Made by a program: the position numbers and the translations under genes. DNA of 44,054 nucleotides. It comes from a virus (Duplodnaviria; Caudoviricetes). This document shows positions 27,903-37,411 of this stretch, piece by piece. Within the stretch, counting starts at the first letter, position 1, and each line of letters begins with the position of its first letter. The DNA lies in the IMG/VR virus record IMGVR_UViG_3300048853_000116, positions 1 to 44,054 of that record; one strand, written 5' to 3'. The notes under the pieces were generated by a model that was not told the DNA's origin, searched no databases, and was given only the letters and a program-made list of their open reading frames with translations.

Positions 27903-29549
27903 TCACCACAAGCCGTCGCCGCGGCCGCCGAGGCTCAAGTCCTCGTCGAGCCGCCGCATGTGTCGGTCGAAGTCGTCCCGCTGGTCCCGGCGGCCGCTGA
28001 CGTAGCCGTAAGCTTCGACGCGCATGCGCGTCGCGAAATAGGCGAGCGCCAGGGCCACCGCCGCATCGCCATGCCGGCGCTTGCCCTTCTCGCCGGTGCG
28101 CTCGGGCGGGACCTGCGGGATGCCGCGGATGACCTTCACGAGCCGGAGATCGGAGAGGATCTCGTCGTCCCTGGGAAGGGCGATCGCATCGTCCTCGAAA
28201 GCCGCTTTTACCGGCGGCATCTCGGTCCGATACCATTCCTGGCTGAATTTGATGGAGGCGATGATGCCCGTGCTGGGCTCGTCCTCCTTCATCGCGACCG
28301 CGCCGAACTTCCGGGCCATCGCCTCGGCCACGTATTCGCCGGCGCCGGTTGCATCAAAGGCGGCGCCCAAAGGCCTCGGCATGGCGCGGATGATCGCCTC
28401 GGTGACGGCCGCCTGCTCCTCGTAAGGAATGCGGCGCATTTCGACCACGAGCGCGGTGACCCGCCTCAGCAGCCTGTCGATGGCGAAGACCCAGACGACG
28501 GAGAGATCACCGACGCGCGCGAAGTCGAAGCCGAGCGCGTGCATCAGATATGGATCGAACCGCGCTACGGCGGCCTTCAGCTCGTCCATGAAGGCCGCGA
28601 CCATGGCCTTCTGCTCAAGGGCGGACCGGTGCAGGAAGTCGGGTGGCAACTCCCACCGCAGGATCGGGCAATCGGCCGTCATCCGCGCTTCGATCAGCGG
28701 ACCGGGAAGCCAGGCGCCGGAGCCGAGCGACGGGACGCAGAACAGCTCCTCGTCGGCGCCATCGGCATAGAACTCGATGATCTCCTGCCGCCAGGCTGCC
28801 TCGGCTTCCGGCGACCACTCCCGGCCGGTGACGAGGCAGATGCGCTGATAAAGTCCGTCGCGCAGCGCGTCGTCGAAGTCGATGCGCAGATGCGTATAGG
28901 GCTTGCGGCCGGCGAGGATGTCCTGGACGAGGACATTGAACTCGTTTTCGGCGCCGTCATGGGTCGAGCAGATGACAACCTGGCCGCCCCACATCAGGAA
29001 GGCGAGCGCGGCCTTCAAAAGCTCCTTCAAATTGTCGACGAAGGCCGCCTCGTCGATGATCACGACGCCTTGTTTGCCGCGTAGCGTACGTGGGGCCGAG
29101 GACAGGGCGAGCACCTCGAAGCCGCTGGCGAAGCGGATCCGGAAGGCCTGGATCGAGCGCTGGCCCTCATCGTCGCCATCGTCGAACAGGACCTCGTCGA
29201 CCGCGGTCGCCGCGACCGCGAAGGCCCGCGCCCACATGGCGCAGGCATCGATGAATTCGCGTGTCATCTCCTGGCTGTAGGAGATGTACATCGCATCCAT
29301 GCCGCCGGCTTTTCGCTCGCGCGCTGCGCGCAGCACGCAATAGGCGGCAAGCCCCCAGGTGAGGCCGATGCGGCGGCTCTTTTCGACGACGAGGACGCTG
29401 GTGCCAGCCGAGTCGAGGAGCCCGACTGCCTTCTGCTGATAGGGCAGCAAGGCGGCGGGCAAGCCGACCTGGTCGATCACGTCTCCGATTCCGGAGACGG
29501 AATGACGACGCAGCTCCTCCCATTCGGCCTTGGAGATCGGCCCGTTCAC
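27903..29549 (-). CDS. Terminase large subunit (Mu gp28-like)
   Basis: LLPYQ, KSRRIGLTW, IIDEAAF, GFDFAR, HGDAAVA motifs. Confidence 0.95.
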   Translation of the reverse strand: MNGPISKAEWEELRRHSVSGIGDVIDQVGLPAALLPYQQKAVGLLDSAGTSVLVVEKSRRIGLTWGLAAYCVLRAARERKAGGMDAMYISYSQEMTREFIDACAMWARAFAVAATAVDEVLFDDGDDEGQRSIQAFRIRFASGFEVLALSSAPRTLRGKQGVVIIDEAAFVDNLKELLKAALAFLMWGGQVVICSTHDGAENEFNVLVQDILAGRKPYTHLRIDFDDALRDGLYQRICLVTGREWSPEAEAAWRQEIIEFYADGADEELFCVPSLGSGAWLPGPLIEARMTADCPILRWELPPDFLHRSALEQKAMVAAFMDELKAAVARFDPYLMHALGFDFARVGDLSVVWVFAIDRLLRRVTALVVEMRRIPYEEQAAVTEAIIRAMPRPLGAAFDATGAGEYVAEAMARKFGAVAMKEDEPSTGIIASIKFSQEWYRTEMPPVKAAFEDDAIALPRDDEILSDLRLVKVIRGIPQVPPERTGEKGKRRHGDAAVALALAYFATRMRVEAYGYVSGRRDQRDDFDRHMRRLDEDLSLGGRGDGLW

Positions 29550-30160
29550 GGCGTGCTCCCAGCCGTCCGCGGTGCGATGCCGAGGATCTTCGATTTGATC
29601 TCCTCGGCGGTCTCGGCCGACAGCCCGCGCGTTCTCGCGACCGTCTCGACGGCCTTCTCCGCCTGAGCCTTGAACTGGGTCTCGATCTTGACCCGCGTGT
29701 CGGCCGAGATCCGCTTCGCCTCTTCCGCGTGCTTGAGGGCGCGGGCGGTCATCATGAGCATTTCGGCCGTGTCGCCGTCAGCGGCGAGTTCGCCGGCATT
29801 GGCGAGCATCTCGTGGACCAGCGTCTTGATGGTTTCCGAGACCAGCAGCGTGACCGAGTTGTCCCCGGCCTCGTCCAGCTTCGGCGCGAGGACGGAGGCG
29901 ATCTCCCGCGTCTCCTGCAGCCGGCGCCCGATCACGGCGAGCCGAACGGCCGTGCGGTTGAAGGCGGACTTCGAGATCTGCGGCGGGTCGGTGATGCCCT
30001 GTTCCCAGGCGGCCGTGCGCAGCCGGGCGTTGAACTCGTCCAGGATTTCGAGCTGCGTGAGCTTGCGCTCCTTGAGCTGCTCGAATGCCCAGAGCTTGGC
30101 GTCATCGGCCCATTCGGGAAGCTGGTCGATCGCCGAGAGGCGCCCGCGGCCGCCGGCCAT
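29546..30160 (-). CDS. Terminase small subunit (Mu gp27 / DUF3486)
   Basis: SAIDQLP, ISKSAFNR, GLSAETAEEIKSKILGI motifs. Confidence 0.9.
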   Translation of the reverse strand: MAGGRGRLSAIDQLPEWADDAKLWAFEQLKERKLTQLEILDEFNARLRTAAWEQGITDPPQISKSAFNRTAVRLAVIGRRLQETREIASVLAPKLDEAGDNSVTLLVSETIKTLVHEMLANAGELAADGDTAEMLMMTARALKHAEEAKRISADTRVKIETQFKAQAEKAVETVARTRGLSAETAEEIKSKILGIAPRTAGSTP

Positions 30161-30161
30161 G

Positions 30162-30461
30162 TCACGACTCCGGCGGCGACGGCCGCTTCACGCCTTCGAT
30201 CACGATCCGACGCTCCACGTGATCGCGTCCCTTCGCCGTCAGCTCGGCCACCCGAACACTGCCCGCGTCGTGGACGATCACGGCGCCGAGATTGGCGAGA
30301 TAGGTCAGCTCCTCGTGGACCCAGGCGCGAATGCGGGTGATCCCGAACTCTTCGAGGGCAATGCGAAGCAGTTCCGAATTGAGGCGCCCGTCCGGCTCGC
30401 CATACAGGGTCCGGAGGATGATCAGGCGCGCCTCCCGGCGGATGAGATCGTCCATGCTCAT
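30162..30461 (-). CDS. Mu gp26-like winged-helix protein
   Basis: RLIILRTL...LTAKGRDHV...GVKRPSP; ATG at 30461. Confidence 0.8.
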   Translation of the reverse strand: MSMDDLIRREARLIILRTLYGEPDGRLNSELLRIALEEFGITRIRAWVHEELTYLANLGAVIVHDAGSVRVAELTAKGRDHVERRIVIEGVKRPSPPES

Positions 30462-30817
30462 CGCGTCACCTTGGCCTGTTCGAGCAGGAATTCCTGGAGT
30501 CGTTCGCCGATCGCGCTCACGGGCTTGAGCCTCTCGGAGAGGACGGCGATCTCGCCCTTCATTTGCTGAATCGCGAGTTCCATCCGGTGCGACACGTCCT
30601 TGTCCGGCAGATGCTCCAGCTCGCTCTCGATCCGCGTGGCGCGGTCCTCGAGTTCGGCGACTCGAGTCTCGATCACCTGCACATGTGCGGCGTCGGCCTT
30701 GCCCTGGATCTCGCTGCGGGCCGCCTTTCCGCGTTGAATCACCAGCGTGATGGCGAGGATGGCGAAGGGTGAGATCGCGCCCCACAGCTTGAGGAGCGTT
30801 TCGAAGCCGTCGCTCAC
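30458..30817 (-). CDS. DUF2730-like protein (Mu gp25-like)
   Basis: N-terminal TM, coiled coil, IESELEHLP motif; GTG at 30817. Confidence 0.75.
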   Translation of the reverse strand: MSDGFETLLKLWGAISPFAILAITLVIQRGKAARSEIQGKADAAHVQVIETRVAELEDRATRIESELEHLPDKDVSHRMELAIQQMKGEIAVLSERLKPVSAIGERLQEFLLEQAKVTR

Positions 30818-31077
30818 GGCTGCCCCCCGCAGCGCTGCCGCCAAAACTGCGTGTTCGCGGAGATGCCTTTGACGAAGGCCGGCAGATCGGCCGGAACGCC
30901 CGGCTGGCACCGGCCGGCATCATCGCAGAGCGATTTGAGCCACGCCTTCAGGGCCTGCGATGCTTGCGGGGGCCGTTGCGAGACGCAGATCGTGTCGGCC
31001 GCGATGGTGCAGGCGCTCATCGCGAGCGCGTCAGAGGCGATCAACAGCGTCGCCATAGCCGCCACGATCAACGGCAT
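30814..31077 (-). CDS. Putative outer-membrane spanin lipoprotein
   Basis: Hydrophobic leader then MSAC lipobox-like motif, Pro/Cys-rich, overlaps the upstream ORF; start uncertain. Confidence 0.5.
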   Translation of the reverse strand: MPLIVAAMATLLIASDALAMSACTIAADTICVSQRPPQASQALKAWLKSLCDDAGRCQPGVPADLPAFVKGISANTQFWRQRCGGQP

Positions 31078-31264
31078 CGCGGATATCAGCCGAACGGCGC
31101 GCGGCATCGGTTGCCCCCTCCAGTGCTTCGGTCTCGGCTTGGAAGCGCCCCTGGTCCCGGAGCGCCTGATCCCGGCATATGTCGTCCAGCCACCCCAGGA
31201 ACGACTGCGCAATTGCCTCGCCCAGGGTTCCGAGGATGGTCGTGAGAAAGGCCGAGAGGCTCAC
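31031..31264 (-). CDS. Putative inner-membrane spanin
   Basis: 77 aa with hydrophobic N-terminus and helical tail, in the lysis cassette. Confidence 0.5.
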   Translation of the reverse strand: MSLSAFLTTILGTLGEAIAQSFLGWLDDICRDQALRDQGRFQAETEALEGATDAARRSADIRDAVDRGGYGDAVDRL

Positions 31265-31842
31265 GTCTTCGCGCCGATGGCGGCGGCGGTGACCTCAGGC
31301 GCCACCTCAAGGCGCGCGAGGATCTTGGCCTTCAAAGTATCCGGGCCGATCCAGGCGACCAGTGCCGGTGCATTCGACACCGCGTAGTCGGCCGCCGCCT
31401 GAAGCACCTGCGACGTGACGTGAAGGTCGAGGGTCTTGCCGGCCACGGCGCCTTCCACGGCCGAGAGGCCGTAGCCGACTGCCCGCGAGAGAAGCTGCTC
31501 GACCCGCAAGGTCTGGAGGGCGTCATAGATCGACCTCGGCAGCCGGCGCAGGAGCCACAAGGCGATAGCCGCCAGGATCGTGCTCGACCAATCGAGCACC
31601 GAAGCGAGCCAGTCGCCCCAGGGCACGGTGACTGTGTTGTCGGCCGCGAAAGCCGCCGGCGCGAGCACAAGGAGCGCAACGGCGGAGATGATCAGCAGCC
31701 GCACAAGATAGCTCCGGACAACCCTGTCGAAGAGGGTCGGCACCTTCGCGGCCGTAAGGCCGCCAGCGGTGGCCGGAACGACGGTGAGCTGCCCGAGGGC
31801 GATGAACGCCAGGCAGATCGCGATGAGGAGGAGCAGAAGCAT
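31261..31842 (-). CDS. Putative holin / membrane lysis protein
   Basis: Several hydrophobic segments; directly after the endolysin. Confidence 0.6.
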   Translation of the reverse strand: MLLLLLIAICLAFIALGQLTVVPATAGGLTAAKVPTLFDRVVRSYLVRLLIISAVALLVLAPAAFAADNTVTVPWGDWLASVLDWSSTILAAIALWLLRRLPRSIYDALQTLRVEQLLSRAVGYGLSAVEGAVAGKTLDLHVTSQVLQAAADYAVSNAPALVAWIGPDTLKAKILARLEVAPEVTAAAIGAKT

Positions 31843-31873
31843 CAGCGTGTTCCGTTCTGAGGTTGCGAGTAGG

Positions 31874-32737
31874 TCAGGCTGCGGCGGCCGGCGATGCCGC
31901 GAGGCGAGCGTCCATCAGCGCGCGATCGAGAGCTGCGCGCGTCATCGGTCCGACGACCCCATCGGGATTGAGAGCGCGGGCCTTCTGGAAGGCGCGAATG
32001 GCCGTTTCGGTCGCGGGTCCGAAGACGCCGTCCGGCCGCATGCGCGTGCTCAGCTCGACGAGTTCGCCCTGGAGGAGGCGCACGTCGTTGCCGCGCGTCC
32101 CCGTCCTCAGCGTCCGCCGGGGCAACCGGTCGGGAAGCAGCAAGTCGCGCGCGATCGCCGTGAGCGCCTCACGATCGGCCAGACCGTTCGTGCCGCCGTT
32201 GATCAACCGCGTCAGTTCGGAGACGTTGTCCCGATCGGCTGCGGTGAGACAGCCGGTGCGGCGGAAGAAGGCGAGCGCCAGCTCGAAGGCGAGGACGGGC
32301 TCGGCGGCACGATCGGGCTCAGCCTCGATATCGACGCCGACAACCCGACCGTAGGTCTGATAATTCGCGCGGCCGGTCAGACCGATGAGCGCGCGACCAC
32401 GATAACGCCAGCCGTCATCCGGCCCGCTGTTGCCGAGCCGGCCGCCATAAACCTTGTTGGCCAGTGCCTGCGGGTTGTGCGCAAAAGGCGCCGCGGATGC
32501 GAGCGTCGGGAAGCGGTTCGGCCAGACCTCACAGAGGCGGCTTGCGGAATAGTTCAGGTTTTCTTCGAGCCGGGTGAGTCCCTGGCTTTCATGCACCGTC
32601 TGCGCGATGAAATGGACCAGGCGCAGGGGCTTGTCGGCCCCATAGGCGATGAGGAGCCGCGGACCGTTGCTGACGATCGCCTTGACGATTTCCGGCCGCG
32701 CGTTGGGCGCGATGGCATAGAGGTGGCTGGCGTACAC
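31874..32737 (-). CDS. GH19 endolysin with C-terminal peptidoglycan-binding domain
   Basis: HFIAQTVHES, EENLNYS, YRGRALIGLTGRANY, INGGTNGLADR; DGVFGPATE..FQ..DGVVGP. Confidence 0.93.
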   Translation of the reverse strand: MYASHLYAIAPNARPEIVKAIVSNGPRLLIAYGADKPLRLVHFIAQTVHESQGLTRLEENLNYSASRLCEVWPNRFPTLASAAPFAHNPQALANKVYGGRLGNSGPDDGWRYRGRALIGLTGRANYQTYGRVVGVDIEAEPDRAAEPVLAFELALAFFRRTGCLTAADRDNVSELTRLINGGTNGLADREALTAIARDLLLPDRLPRRTLRTGTRGNDVRLLQGELVELSTRMRPDGVFGPATETAIRAFQKARALNPDGVVGPMTRAALDRALMDARLAASPAAAA

Positions 32738-32856
32738 GGCGTGCTCCCGAGCCGACTCGACGGCATCCAAGCGATGCCGCACGGTCTCTCGGGCGCGCTG
32801 AAATCAGTAGAGATGCAGGCGCCACCTACACACCAAGCATCAGATCGCCCGGAGGC

Positions 32857-33882
32857 TTAACTGCCCTGATACCGGCGAACAGGTTGCCACTCACCTGATC
32901 CAACGCTCTGATACTCGTCGACCGGATGTGGTGCTACGTATTTTGACAATAAATCTAAGTATTTATCTATAACATCTTTCTGATTGTGGGGGATTATTGA
33001 CGATAATTTTAGGCCGACATCGGTAAGAACATACACCGGTATGCTTGCTTCGTCTTTTGATATTGTTATCGGCGGATTGTTTTCATCACGTCCATTTGCT
33101 TTTGCTTCTTGCGGAAGAACTACGGCAGACGTTCCAAGGGGGGCAAGCCATAGACGTTTCCCCTGGGAGTCGGCTGTGCTCTCAAATTTCAATCTTTGCC
33201 CAAATATCCCTGGTTCAATAAGAAGATCGGCGGAGACTAGCGCTGCTCGATCTGCGAATGTCAGTTCGCCAGAAAGGCATTTTATAATACCGTTCTCAAC
33301 TCTGTTTCGACATAGACGTTCAAATAGCCTAGCAACGTCCGGATCGATTTCGTCAATGATCCGCATTGTCTTCGCCGAAAAGGTGCCTGGCGTTCGAACT
33401 TCCGCCGCCAGGACCTTCGCCCATTTTTCGCGTGCCTGTTCGTCCGTTGCATCTTCTGCATAACGTCCCAGCCTGTCTGTAAACGCGTCGCTGAGCTTAG
33501 GTTCGTCGGGCGCAGACCGCTCGTCAGTGGGTGGATTGTATCGAAGATCTTGGGCGGCTAGCTGAACGACAGCCTCCTTGTTCTCAAATCGTCTAAACGT
33601 AACGTTGAGATCACTCTCAAGGGCCCTTTCAAAAAATTCGGGATCCGTCTTTAATTTTTCAATCGTCATGTCTCCCATGGCTTCTATAATCTTGTTTCGC
33701 GTCGCCGCCTTCGTGCGAATTGCGCTTGCTTCAGCTTCTGCCGTGGCATTCCGTTTTTCGAATATATTCCCCAGTAGGCGATCCGCGGCCGCGATAAACC
33801 TGCTCTTGGCGGCCGCCTGAAGTCCAGTCTCTGTGATTCGCACGGAGACTGCCGTTTCCTTATCCAGATGATCGTCGCCCAT
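32857..33882 (-). CDS. DUF2806-like accessory protein
   Basis: WAKVLAAEVRTPGTFSAKT motif; visibly AT-rich insert. Confidence 0.75.
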   Translation of the reverse strand: MGDDHLDKETAVSVRITETGLQAAAKSRFIAAADRLLGNIFEKRNATAEAEASAIRTKAATRNKIIEAMGDMTIEKLKTDPEFFERALESDLNVTFRRFENKEAVVQLAAQDLRYNPPTDERSAPDEPKLSDAFTDRLGRYAEDATDEQAREKWAKVLAAEVRTPGTFSAKTMRIIDEIDPDVARLFERLCRNRVENGIIKCLSGELTFADRAALVSADLLIEPGIFGQRLKFESTADSQGKRLWLAPLGTSAVVLPQEAKANGRDENNPPITISKDEASIPVYVLTDVGLKLSSIIPHNQKDVIDKYLDLLSKYVAPHPVDEYQSVGSGEWQPVRRYQGS

Positions 33883-33950
33883 AGCTTCCTCCCCAACCGG
33901 AAGGCACCATAAACCAGGTTTGGAAACTGCGGCAACGTTATGTCTGTTTG

Positions 33951-34364
33951 TCAGAAGTTAAAGCTACCCTGGTTGCCTTCCGCTTTGCGAAGGCGCTGCT
34001 TGGCCCGAATGACGGTGGACCTATCGACGCCGACGAGCCGTGCTGCTTCATCGATTGAACAGTTATCTGTGATCGCGGCTTGAAGAGCTCGAGCTCTCGT
34101 GCGTTGCTGCTCGCGATATCCGCCCTGCGGCCCGAGCGGGATCGACAGCTGCAGGCCGGTATTCCTGACCTTGAAGTGTTCGCAGATCGTGCGCGCTGTC
34201 TCGATCCCCACTGCCTCCACCAGCCAGTGATCGCGCGTGAGGCGTTCCGGCGTCGGGAAGGACGCGCGCGTGCCGCCTTTCGCTTTCGCGATGGCAAGGG
34301 CAGCGTCGAGGCCGGCCACCTCGGCGATCTCGGCGAGCAGCGCCGGCAGCCAGGAATAGCTCAT
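33951..34364 (-). CDS. Mor/C-like late transcription activator
   Basis: LPALLAEIAEVAG..AALAIA...GG N-terminus and C-terminal HTH; last gene before the lysis region. Confidence 0.8.
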   Translation of the reverse strand: MSYSWLPALLAEIAEVAGLDAALAIAKAKGGTRASFPTPERLTRDHWLVEAVGIETARTICEHFKVRNTGLQLSIPLGPQGGYREQQRTRARALQAAITDNCSIDEAARLVGVDRSTVIRAKQRLRKAEGNQGSFNF

Positions 34365-34609
34365 CGGCCGGCCTCGCTTGCCGGTGCGGCCGCCTTCTCC
34401 GGCAGCACGGTGGTGACGGTCCCGCTACGCACCACGAAGGTGACGCCGTCCACGTGGATGGAATAGTCGCAGGCCCCGACATGCTGGGCGGCCGCGTGCG
34501 CACGGCAGAGCGAGCCTGCGAGAGCCGACCGGACGGCCTCTACATCGAGCCCGCCGGCACGCTGGAGCCAACGCAGGAGAGCATGGTCGGAGATGCGGAG
34601 GCCTCTCAC
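34361..34609 (-). CDS. Hypothetical protein
   Basis: ISDHALLRWLQR motif; overlapping start/stop with both neighbours. Confidence 0.75.
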   Translation of the reverse strand: MRGLRISDHALLRWLQRAGGLDVEAVRSALAGSLCRAHAAAQHVGACDYSIHVDGVTFVVRSGTVTTVLPEKAAAPASEAGR

Positions 34610-35169
34610 GGGGCCTCCGTGTCGAATTTGCCGGCCTCATGGCCCCAAGCGTGCCAGCCCGGCCGGTTCTGCCGGCTGAACAGGTCGAGCTTGTGCACCG
34701 CCGGAACGTGCTTATCGACGAGAGCGTAGAACTCCTCGGGCTTGCGCGAATGCTGGCGGGCGATGCCGTCGAAAAGGCTCGGAAACGGCTTGTGATGCGG
34801 GTTGCCGATCGTTCCGACCAGGATCGGCTCGTGCAAGGTTCGCACCCGGTATCCCGGCCCCATCCGAGGCTTGCCGTTGCGGGTGACCTTGCGCCAGACC
34901 ATCTCGGAGACGAATTTGAAGCCCCAGGCCGCCATGACCTCCAGTGCGTCCGGGATCGACCAGCCGCAGGTCCAGAGCAGGAGAAGGCAATCACCCCGCG
35001 CGAGCTGCCCGACTGGCAGCGCCTTGATCTCGTCCAGCGGCATGGTGTCGTAGTGAGCGCTTGCGCTTTTTGCCGCGCCAGCGGGCGAGTACAGCAAGAA
35101 TTCCCATGCCGGGTCGGCGGCAATGAAGTCGAACCAAAGCGGCCGGAGGTCATCGAAGGGCCAGCTCAT
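34606..35169 (-). CDS. MT-A70 family adenine methyltransferase
   Basis: ADPAW, YDTM, LLWT, AWGF, HSRKP, DLFSR, GWHAWG motifs. Confidence 0.9.
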   Translation of the reverse strand: MSWPFDDLRPLWFDFIAADPAWEFLLYSPAGAAKSASAHYDTMPLDEIKALPVGQLARGDCLLLLWTCGWSIPDALEVMAAWGFKFVSEMVWRKVTRNGKPRMGPGYRVRTLHEPILVGTIGNPHHKPFPSLFDGIARQHSRKPEEFYALVDKHVPAVHKLDLFSRQNRPGWHAWGHEAGKFDTEAP

Positions 35170-35771
35170 GATGCCCTCCGCGATCGGCCTGCCCGCCGGA
35201 TCTGGCGTCCGAATTCCGCAATGGAGACGTCGAGCTGATCGTCCGGCACATGGAGCGTGAGGGCATTCACGCCGTGTTCGCCGGCGAGCATGCGCGCCTG
35301 GGCGCGCAGCACGGCGCGCTTGGCGCTCAGCGCGTCGCCGCCGTCCTTCGGCCATACCACTCCCGCCTGGCGCGCGATCCAGCTCTTGAGCGCTTCAATG
35401 GCCTTTGAAGCCTCCTTTGCATCCGTCAGGAATCGGGTATGGGTGAGCCCCGTCTGGCGTTCGACGAAGGCGATCAGGGCGCGATCGTCGCGCTCGCGCA
35501 CGACGCCGAGATGCCAAGCGGAAATCCACAAGGCACGCAGCTTGGCGGTATAGCGGCCCGAAGCGGTTGCCGCCGGCGCCCGGCGTCCGCGCCGATTGAG
35601 TTGATCGAGCAGAGCGGCGGCTTGCGCACGCGTGAGGTCCCGCGTCGAGCCGACGCCTGCCTCTCTCGCGAGCCAGGCGCGATAATCGTCGTCGTCCATG
35701 CCGAAGCTGCGGCGCGCAGCTTGCAAGGCGCGGATCTGGTCGGTGGTGGCGGTGTCATGGGCGGGGATCAT
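35166..35771 (-). CDS. gemA: GemA (Mu gp16 / DUF1018)
   Basis: GMDDDDYR, KLRALW, ALIAFVERQTG, IEALKSW motifs. Confidence 0.88.
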   Translation of the reverse strand: MIPAHDTATTDQIRALQAARRSFGMDDDDYRAWLAREAGVGSTRDLTRAQAAALLDQLNRRGRRAPAATASGRYTAKLRALWISAWHLGVVRERDDRALIAFVERQTGLTHTRFLTDAKEASKAIEALKSWIARQAGVVWPKDGGDALSAKRAVLRAQARMLAGEHGVNALTLHVPDDQLDVSIAEFGRQIRRAGRSRRAS

Positions 35772-35998
35772 TGCCGTTCCTCGCCCCGCAAACTGGCCTC
35801 GATCCTATCGAGGCAGTGATTGGCGCCGTGATCGGCCGCCTGGGCCAGGGCCAGACGACGCAGCGACCACGCCCCAAGGAGCGTCGCCCCGACCGGCAGG
35901 GCCAGCGACCAGTCGTGGACATGCAGGCCAGCAATCCCGAAGGCCAGCGCCGCGGCGGCGCACGCCCACTCCACCAATGCAAGACAGGCAGCGATCAT
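35768..35998 (-). CDS. Small membrane protein
   Basis: Two hydrophobic segments; GAGGAG RBS before ATG at 35998. Confidence 0.55.
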   Translation of the reverse strand: MIAACLALVEWACAAAALAFGIAGLHVHDWSLALPVGATLLGAWSLRRLALAQAADHGANHCLDRIEASLRGEERQ

Positions 35999-36008
35999 TG
36001 CTCGCTCC

Positions 36009-36284
36009 TCACGCTGCCTGGCGCCGGCTGGCGAGGTCCAGGGCCGCATCGACGACGGTCATGTGCCGCCCGGCTTTTTCGATCCGCTCGCGGTGGGCTC
36101 GGGCTGCGCGCCAGGCCTGCCGTGCCGCCTCGGCCTCGATGAAGACGAGGCAGGGATCGACCATGGTGGCCCTCAACGCGCCTTGCACATGGACCTTGAG
36201 GCGTATGCGGCCGGCGCGCTCGACGCGGGCGATGAGACCCGCCTGCCGCACGCCCATCGCCTGAATGACGAAGACCTTCTGCAT
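36009..36284 (-). CDS. Hypothetical protein
   Basis: 91 aa with GGAGG RBS, in the early operon. Confidence 0.6.
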   Translation of the reverse strand: MQKVFVIQAMGVRQAGLIARVERAGRIRLKVHVQGALRATMVDPCLVFIEAEAARQAWRAARAHRERIEKAGRHMTVVDAALDLASRRQAA

Positions 36285-36296
36285 GACGCGCCTCCG

Positions 36297-36941
36297 TCAC
36301 GCCTTGGCGAGGTCGATGGTCACCGGCCGCCAATCGGCGTCGTGCCGGTCCCGCTCGTAGCAGCGCACGTAGGTTTTGGAGCCGATGACGCGCATGGCGT
36401 CGCGGATCGCCTCCATGGCGCGCTTCCACCGCTCGTCTGCGATATCGAGACGCAACAGCATGAAGATCTCGGCGCGGTTGATCTGCCCAGCCTTGTCCGT
36501 ATTGAAGGCGCGCGTGACGATCGCCCTGATTTCGGGCCGGCTGTCGGCCGCCCATTCCATCAGGCACTCGTCGATCAACTCCTTCGCGTGCTGCAGCTGC
36601 GCGCCGAAGTCGATGGTGTCCTGCACCTGGACCTGCACCTTCATGAGCCCGTCGAAGGTCAGGAAGGTCTTGTTGCCCTTCGTCCCGCCTTTGCTGGTGC
36701 CGTATTCCTGCGCCAGGATCGCCTCGAAGGCGCCGAGATCGTCGAAGGTGTGCTGCTTAAATCGGCTGATCTGCGCCGACAGCGCTTTGGCGTAGCCGAT
36801 GATCTTGCGCACTGTTTCGTCTTCGAGCTGGTCGGCCGGTTTGATTGCATCCAATGGGACGAGATTGCCCTTGGCATCGGGCATGTAGGGCTTGCCCTGC
36901 ACCTCGATGGTGCCGGGGCGGGAAGCTGCTTCAGGCTGCAT
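36297..36941 (-). CDS. DUF3164 family protein
   Basis: DAKGNLVP, GGTKGN, AKELIDECL, WKRAMEAI, IDLA motifs. Confidence 0.88.
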   Translation of the reverse strand: MQPEAASRPGTIEVQGKPYMPDAKGNLVPLDAIKPADQLEDETVRKIIGYAKALSAQISRFKQHTFDDLGAFEAILAQEYGTSKGGTKGNKTFLTFDGLMKVQVQVQDTIDFGAQLQHAKELIDECLMEWAADSRPEIRAIVTRAFNTDKAGQINRAEIFMLLRLDIADERWKRAMEAIRDAMRVIGSKTYVRCYERDRHDADWRPVTIDLAKA

Positions 36942-37006
36942 GGGTATGGATCTCCAACGGAGTGGTGCTGGTCCTTCGGCGGCGACGGCCGCCGGTCGCG
37001 GCAAAG

Positions 37007-37411
37007 CTAGGGCTCACGCGGCCGCTCCACCCTGTGCGCGTGCGGGCACGCCCGGCATGCGTGGTAGAGCCGCGCCCGCATGGCGCTCGTTGCGCGAAAT
37101 GGTTGGCGCTGTTCGTCGAGGCAGCGGTCGCGGCCGATGTCGCCGAGGACGGGACAGGTCACCGTCGCGCCCATTAGAGCGCCGCGGACCGTCTCCGCCA
37201 CCCGTTCGCGATTGCCCCGGTACGTCCCGGAGATGATGGTCGAGAGCACCGCCTGGCTGTAGCCGACCTTCCGCGCCGCCGCCGCGCCGCTCGTCCGGCT
37301 CATCTCGTCGGCGAGCGCCAGCACCCAGTCCGGCGCCGCGCCGCCATAGGCAGCCTCGGCCTTGCTGACATAGTCGACCGTGGTCTTTCCGGGCAAAGGT
37401 CCGCGGTTCAT
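37007..37411 (-). CDS. HTH protein with Cys-rich C-terminus
   Basis: PDWVLALA, VGYSQAVLS, CPVLG, CRACPH motifs. Confidence 0.75.
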   Translation of the reverse strand: MNRGPLPGKTTVDYVSKAEAAYGGAAPDWVLALADEMSRTSGAAAARKVGYSQAVLSTIISGTYRGNRERVAETVRGALMGATVTCPVLGDIGRDRCLDEQRQPFRATSAMRARLYHACRACPHAHRVERPREP

